The position numbers were made by a program, and so were the translations under genes. Of a stretch of DNA of 42,310 nt, positions 37,346 through 42,310 are shown piece after piece (the stretch's first letter is position 1; the number at the start of each line of letters is the position of its first letter). A model generated the notes under the pieces. That model was not told the DNA's origin. It saw only the letters and a program-made list of their open reading frames with translations, and made no database searches. The DNA is from Methanomassiliicoccaceae archaeon (GTDB taxonomy: Archaea; Thermoplasmatota; Thermoplasmata; Methanomassiliicoccales; Methanomethylophilaceae), in assembly GCA_009776625.1 (NCBI GenBank), contig WRNL01000001.1, positions 1 through 42,310 of the forward strand. Direction: 5' to 3'.

Positions 37346-37816
37346 ATGCAACTGGTCCCCACCAAGTACTTCGTCACGTCCGGCAGGGCGTCGAGCAGGG
37401 TGTCCGGCCTCAACGCCTTCGACATGGCCCTCATGTCCGCCGGGATATGCGAGCAGAACCTGGTCGCCGTCTCGTCGGTCATACCCGAGGGGGCGGTGAT
37501 GACCGCCCCCGCCGCGATCCCCATGGGCGCGGTCACCCACTGCGTCATCTCCCAGATCAGGGGGGAGGGCGGCGCTATCTCCGCCGGCATCGCCTACGCC
37601 CTCCGCGAGGACGGCAAGGGGGGGTACGTGGCGGAGGGGCGCCTCGAGGGGCCCGGCGAGGGCCTGAGGTCCGAGCTGGAGAGGAGGGTCGGCGAGATGT
37701 CGAGCGCCAGGGGCGTGGCCTTCGGGGAGACGCGCTTCCTTATCGAAGAGATGGATGTTCCAGATGGAATGTACGGGTGCTGCCTGGCGGCGCTCGTGTT
37801 CACGGAGTACAGATGA
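37346..37816 (+). CDS. pdaD: Pyruvoyl-dependent arginine decarboxylase
   Basis: VPTKYFVTSG, LNAFD.AL..AGI..QNLV.VSSVIP (Ser-Ser self-cleavage site). Confidence 0.9.
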   Translation: MQLVPTKYFVTSGRASSRVSGLNAFDMALMSAGICEQNLVAVSSVIPEGAVMTAPAAIPMGAVTHCVISQIRGEGGAISAGIAYALREDGKGGYVAEGRLEGPGEGLRSELERRVGEMSSARGVAFGETRFLIEEMDVPDGMYGCCLAALVFTEYR

Positions 37817-38241
37817 CATACGCCATAGTCGCCTGCGGCAGGTGCGGGCGCCATAGGATGATCGACCGTTCCTCCCCGACCTCGGCGTGCCCCTTCTGCA
37901 GCAGGACGGAGGCGAACAAAGGCCTCAGGGCCATATTCGAGGATGCGGATCAAAACGCCGTCAGGGAGGCTCTGAGGAGCATGCACCCGGTAGAGGCCCC
38001 GGAGAAGAGGAGGCAGGGCGCCGACCCGGACCCGCTCTCCACGCTCATGTACAGGTACGAGAGCTGCGTGGACCTGCAGGAGAGGATGGCTCTCCTCGCG
38101 AGAGGCCTGACGGACATATACGGCACGTTCACGCTGGAGGACGTGGAGAGGATCGACGAGAGGAACGCGGAGAAACTCCTGAGAGCGATGCTGGAGACCT
38201 GCCTGGTGCATGAGGTCAGGCACGGGCTTTACAGCGCCTGA
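37813..38241 (+). CDS. Zn-finger protein with a C-terminal helical/wHTH-like region (DUF1922/DUF5817-like)
   Basis: YAIVACGRC...ACPFC; ATGA overlap with pdaD. Confidence 0.75.
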   Translation: MTYAIVACGRCGRHRMIDRSSPTSACPFCSRTEANKGLRAIFEDADQNAVREALRSMHPVEAPEKRRQGADPDPLSTLMYRYESCVDLQERMALLARGLTDIYGTFTLEDVERIDERNAEKLLRAMLETCLVHEVRHGLYSA

Positions 38242-38303
38242 TGCCGCCGTAAGATCGGAAAGGCTTAATAAAGGGGAAAATATCTGCGACGAGGGGTGCG
38301 AAT

Positions 38304-39623
38304 ATGGAAACACAGAACAGGGAATTGAAGGAATCGTGGCATCCGAAGTACCTCAGCACCCTCTGTGCGTTCGCGAACACCTCTGGCGGCGTAATGATAA
38401 TCGGCATCTCCGACAATGGCGACATCATCGGTGTGAGAAACCCGCAACGCGTCCTAAAGGTCATACCTGACGACATCCGAAATAAACTCAGCATAACTGC
38501 GTCTGTCGAGGAAACCGTCGAGAAAGGTAAAACATGCATCAAGATAACAGTAGGGAAGGGGTTCCGCTATGTCGACCTAGACGGCGTGTTCTACAAACGC
38601 GTGGGGAACACCACGCAAAGGGTCACGGGGGATGAGCTTAACTCGTGGATCCTTTCCAACATGAGGACATCGTGGTCAGGCATCCCTGCGAAGGGCATCG
38701 GAATCGAAAAGCTCTCAAAGGATGCCATCGATTTCTTCGTTAAGAAGGGGCTGTCTTCGGGGCGCATGAGCCCGAAAGCGGCAGAAAGCGATCACGAAAC
38801 CATACTCGGGAACTACGACCTGGTGGGCGACGAGGGGGTTCGCAACTCCGCGGCAATACTGTTCCTGGAGGAGCCTGGAAAAATCTTCAGCTCAGCTAGC
38901 GTGAGCATCGGCGAGTTCAACGACGACGACATCCTTCTCAGGCTCGACCTGATCGACTGCCCAGTAGTCATGCTGCCAGACCGCGTCATGGACAAGCTCC
39001 TGAACAAGTACATCAAAGGTGTCGATGACATCGTTGGGCTGATGAGGGTGACGAGATACCCGTATCCAGAGAAGGCGTTGCGCGAAGCGGTCATGAACAG
39101 CATATGTCACCGCGACTATCAAGGCGTCGAGCAGACGTACATACGCGTATACCCAGACCGCATCGAGGTGTCCAACCCGGGGAGGCTCCCCGAAGGGTGG
39201 GATGAGAATAACATTTTCAGGAAACACGGTTCCGTTCCAACCAATCCGGCAATCGCAAGGGTGTTCTTCGAGATGGGGTACATAGAGAGGTTCGGTTCGG
39301 GCATAGAGATGATGCGCAACGAGTGCGTAGCTATGAACGTGCCTGAACCGGAGTACAATATGGACATGGGGCGCGTCGAGGTCGTATTCAGACTTCCAGA
39401 GAAAGAGGACAAATACACGCCTATAGCCAACCTCACAGAAAGGGAATCGATTATATACGCGTTGATATGCAAAGGTGACATGTCCACGATAGACGAGATA
39501 TCGGAGGCCACAGGCATACCTCACAGGACTGTAAGAAGGGATGTGTCTAGACTTATTGAGGGAAAGTACATACAAAAAGTAGGTGGGGACAGATATGGGA
39601 AATGGGTATCCCTTTCAAAATAA
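38304..39623 (+). CDS. AlbA_2 (Schlafen-like) + HATPase_c_4 + HTH protein
   Basis: E.QNRELKES, CAFANTSGG.MIIGISD, YKRVG, ALREAVMNSICHRDY, NPG, IERFGSG, C-terminal HTH and GKW. Confidence 0.9.
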   Translation: METQNRELKESWHPKYLSTLCAFANTSGGVMIIGISDNGDIIGVRNPQRVLKVIPDDIRNKLSITASVEETVEKGKTCIKITVGKGFRYVDLDGVFYKRVGNTTQRVTGDELNSWILSNMRTSWSGIPAKGIGIEKLSKDAIDFFVKKGLSSGRMSPKAAESDHETILGNYDLVGDEGVRNSAAILFLEEPGKIFSSASVSIGEFNDDDILLRLDLIDCPVVMLPDRVMDKLLNKYIKGVDDIVGLMRVTRYPYPEKALREAVMNSICHRDYQGVEQTYIRVYPDRIEVSNPGRLPEGWDENNIFRKHGSVPTNPAIARVFFEMGYIERFGSGIEMMRNECVAMNVPEPEYNMDMGRVEVVFRLPEKEDKYTPIANLTERESIIYALICKGDMSTIDEISEATGIPHRTVRRDVSRLIEGKYIQKVGGDRYGKWVSLSK

Positions 39624-39668
39624 AAATGATCCCTATTCTTGCGTCCTTTTCTATCCTTGTCCTCACGT

Positions 39669-39739
39669 TGGCCCGCTGGTGGCCCGCTGGTGGCCCGCTG
39701 GTGGCCCGCTGGTGGCCCGCTGGTGGCCCGCTGGTGGCC
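39669..39739. repeat. Perfect 11-bp tandem repeat (TGGCCCGCTGG) x6 plus 5 bp
   Basis: Counted directly; lies in the gap between convergent genes. Confidence 0.97.
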
Positions 39740-39860
39740 TTGTGAACAAAAGTCTGTGATGTGGCAAAGGGATTGAGACCTCATGGGGCAAACTATGGTA
39801 GTCGGATTAAGTTGTGATTCCATTAGTTCCTACGTGGGCATCCATTTGCAGCCCTCGGCA

Positions 39861-40592
39861 TCACTTCGGCACGTCCTTCCTCGCCTTGCCCTCCATCCTG
39901 AGGACCTCCCTGACCACCCTGGACAGTTTCACCCTCATCGTATAATAGAAGTACGCCGCCGCGACTGCCAGCGCAAGGATGAAGAACACGTACAGGGCGG
40001 CCTCGCCCTGCGAGGCGAATGCCGCGAACAGGACTAGGCTGAAAACCAGGTTGACGAATATGGCCTGCAGGGCGAACTCCATGGGCTTCCGCCTTGCGAT
40101 CCCCTCCCCGATCGTGGAGCCAGCGGCTGACAGGATCAGTATGTAGGACAGCGCCATCATGAACAGCCATACGTAGTCCGTCGCGCCCAAAGGCACGCCC
40201 TCCTCTGCGAGCGCGGTCCCCAGCGTCCCGAAATAGTATATCGTGCCGAAGGCCATCGTGCACCCCATCCCCAGCCCCAGGCCATAGCCGTAGAACACCG
40301 TGTCGGACTTGCCGTGGAACCTCTTGAGATTGAGGACAGCGGTCATCGCGAGGCACTGCACGGCGGCGAACAGCGCCATGTAGACCATGTTCGGCGGGGC
40401 CATCAGATAGGTGTAGAGCGCGAAGAGGAGCGTGCCGGCTATCAGCCCCACAACGAAGAGCGAGAAGAACGCCGGGTCGCTGAAGAACGGCTGCTCGACC
40501 GCGGGGTAGGTGTACCTCTTCAGCACGGCGTACATCAGAATCAGCGTCGGGGCGAAGGCCATCACCCCGGCGGCGTACAGCATCGTGTCCAT
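39861..40592 (-). CDS. Multi-pass membrane protein, PrsW-like but lacking the catalytic residues
   Basis: About 7 hydrophobic segments; spacing of LNLKRF..KSDTVFYGYGLGLG resembles the PrsW family. Confidence 0.7.
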   Translation of the reverse strand: MDTMLYAAGVMAFAPTLILMYAVLKRYTYPAVEQPFFSDPAFFSLFVVGLIAGTLLFALYTYLMAPPNMVYMALFAAVQCLAMTAVLNLKRFHGKSDTVFYGYGLGLGMGCTMAFGTIYYFGTLGTALAEEGVPLGATDYVWLFMMALSYILILSAAGSTIGEGIARRKPMEFALQAIFVNLVFSLVLFAAFASQGEAALYVFFILALAVAAAYFYYTMRVKLSRVVREVLRMEGKARKDVPK

Positions 40593-40840
40593 CCACCGTG
40601 CATACACTGGCGGGGTAATAACCTTTGTTGCATCCGCTCCCCCGCAAGAACCAGAGCGCTCTTTGGGGGAGGGGTGTCAAGTGCCATAGGGAGTACATAC
40701 AGCCTATGCTTGCGGAGGGACTCATCGAGAAGAACCCGAGGAGAAAAAGATATGTGCCGACAGAGGAGGGGGCGGCGGTCCTGGACATGTTCTCGTGAGC
40801 CCTGCCCGCCGATCTCCGCATTGAGTCCCAATAGTCTGCC

Positions 40841-42310
40841 TCACACAGGGTATATTGCGGTCACGTTGAAGTTGGCTGGCTTGTACCCCACGTTGAACCA
40901 GTAGCTCTGCAACAGGCCTGGGGTCGTCTCGCAGTAGTAGTATTTGCCGTTCAGGTAGTTGTAGTACGTGCCGCTCCCCCCTTCCACGTCCAGGCCTACG
41001 GCCAGGTGGCCCGCCCCGTCGGCGTTCACCCAGAACAGAACCGCCCTGTATCCGAGCTCCTTCATCAGCGCGGCGTAAAGGATCGCGTGGTCCTCGCAGT
41101 CGCCCTGGTTCCTCCACAGCGTCTCGGAGGGGTAGTTCCAATGCTCGGTGGTCGCGTCCCCGTCCTTGTCGTACTTGTAAGGTATGCTCTGGACGAAGTG
41201 GAGGACGTAGTTGGCCCGGTCTATGTCGCTCCACCCCGACGTCCTGTTCTTGAACTCGTTGGCTATCGCCTTTATGACGGGGTCGTTGCAGTTGACGAAG
41301 CTCGTCAGGTACGGCGGCTGGTAGCCCCTCACGATGGGGTCGGACGCATACTTGTAGTACCATGCGAAGGTCATGTTGAGGGACACGGAGGCGTCCCTGT
41401 TCATGCTCGTGGGGTCCAGGTCGCTGTGGTCGAACGGGTTCCACCAGGCCCCGACGTAGTCCTCGTGGTACTTCCAGTTGAAGGTGGCGGCCTTGTTCTC
41501 GTTGACGACGACGTTCGAGGTCTTGGACGCCCTGCCGCCGTCCGCGTAGGTTATCGTCTGCGTCACGTCTACGCCCATCCCCGTGTCGATCCTGACGAAG
41601 GTACTGGACCCGCCGCCGTTGATGCCGTCCTCGAACTTCACGGTCTTGCCCGTGATGGTGTCCGTGACGGTCCACGTCCTGTACGCCACCTCGATGTTGT
41701 AGAGCGAGGTCATGGTGATTATCGTCGGCGCGCTGTCGGTCGACATGCTCGTCGTGAAGGACGCGTCGTGCAGCACGGAGTACCTGGCCTCCAGCGCGAT
41801 GTCGGCGCTGACAGTGAAGGTGTAGCTCTGGGTTTTCGACACCAGCGTGGCCCCGGAAAACCACCCGTCGAAAGCGTACCCTGCGGCTTTCTGGGTGACT
41901 GAGCAGGTGAAGCTGGACCCGTGCGCCGCTTTCCCGCCGCCTGTGGACAGCGTCCCTGCGCTGGCGTTGTTGATCGAGACCGTGACCGTGTGGCTCAGCG
42001 GGGAGAACTTCGCGTTGAGGGTCAGGCTCTCCTGTGCCTTGAAGCTCAGGCTGCTGGAGGAGGAATGGAGCACCCCGTTCTTGTACCAGCCGTTGAAGGA
42101 GTACCCGTAGTCCGGGGTCGCGGTCAGGTTGACCGTGCTCCCCGCGCTGTACGTCCCTGCCCCAGACACGGACCCGCCCGCGTCCCTCGTCGTTGCAATC
42201 GTATACTGCGTGCCGCCCCCGGCGGAAGATGGCCCCGAGTCCCCGCCGCCATCGCCGCCGCCATCGCCGCCGCTCATCGCGACGGCGGCTCCGCACAACA
42301 CGGCGACCAC
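40841..42310 (-). CDS. Secreted/surface protein: two Listeria-Bacteroides (Flg_new-like) repeats plus a transglutaminase-like domain; 5' end outside the window
   Basis: Hydrophobic N-terminal tail, Gly-rich linker, GYSFNGWY and GYAFDGWF repeats, YPSETL...GDCEDHAIL...GHLAVG...YYYCETT. Confidence 0.85.
   Translation of the reverse strand: MVAVLCGAAVAMSGGDGGGDGGGDSGPSSAGGGTQYTIATTRDAGGSVSGAGTYSAGSTVNLTATPDYGYSFNGWYKNGVLHSSSSSLSFKAQESLTLNAKFSPLSHTVTVSINNASAGTLSTGGGKAAHGSSFTCSVTQKAAGYAFDGWFSGATLVSKTQSYTFTVSADIALEARYSVLHDASFTTSMSTDSAPTIITMTSLYNIEVAYRTWTVTDTITGKTVKFEDGINGGGSSTFVRIDTGMGVDVTQTITYADGGRASKTSNVVVNENKAATFNWKYHEDYVGAWWNPFDHSDLDPTSMNRDASVSLNMTFAWYYKYASDPIVRGYQPPYLTSFVNCNDPVIKAIANEFKNRTSGWSDIDRANYVLHFVQSIPYKYDKDGDATTEHWNYPSETLWRNQGDCEDHAILYAALMKELGYRAVLFWVNADGAGHLAVGLDVEGGSGTYYNYLNGKYYYCETTPGLLQSYWFNVGYKPANFNVTAIYPV

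Overview
High-GC archaeal chromosomal window, most likely from a Methanomassiliicoccales (Thermoplasmata) methanogen. This is inferred from mtxX/methanogenesis marker 4, rpl10e, dph2, PAC2, pdaD, archaeal sepF and rtcB, and from the absence of TAG stops. The core genes are msrA, tRNA-His, rtcB, PUA-sepF-HD, type III glutamine synthetase, hisHF-argGH, gatCAB, mrp-nifX, mtxX-queDCE, rpl10e-dph2, a hydrogenase maturation protease, an M16 peptidase and PAC2-pdaD. Several accessory, visibly AT-richer inserts interrupt them: a MoxR-type AAA+ ATPase with a HExxH partner; two AAA_14/DUF4143 ATPase-nuclease genes and an AlbA_2-ATPase-HTH gene, each near a non-coding tandem repeat array (33, 39 and 11 bp periods); a C5-methyltransferase with a NotI-like endonuclease carrying an HTH-like insertion; an RNase H-fold (DUF3800-like) gene convergent with an orphan gene; and a duplicated '3-TM protein tip + 65-aa protein' cassette. 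No CRISPR array, rRNA or transposase was seen. All family assignments come from motif recognition by eye, not from database searches.
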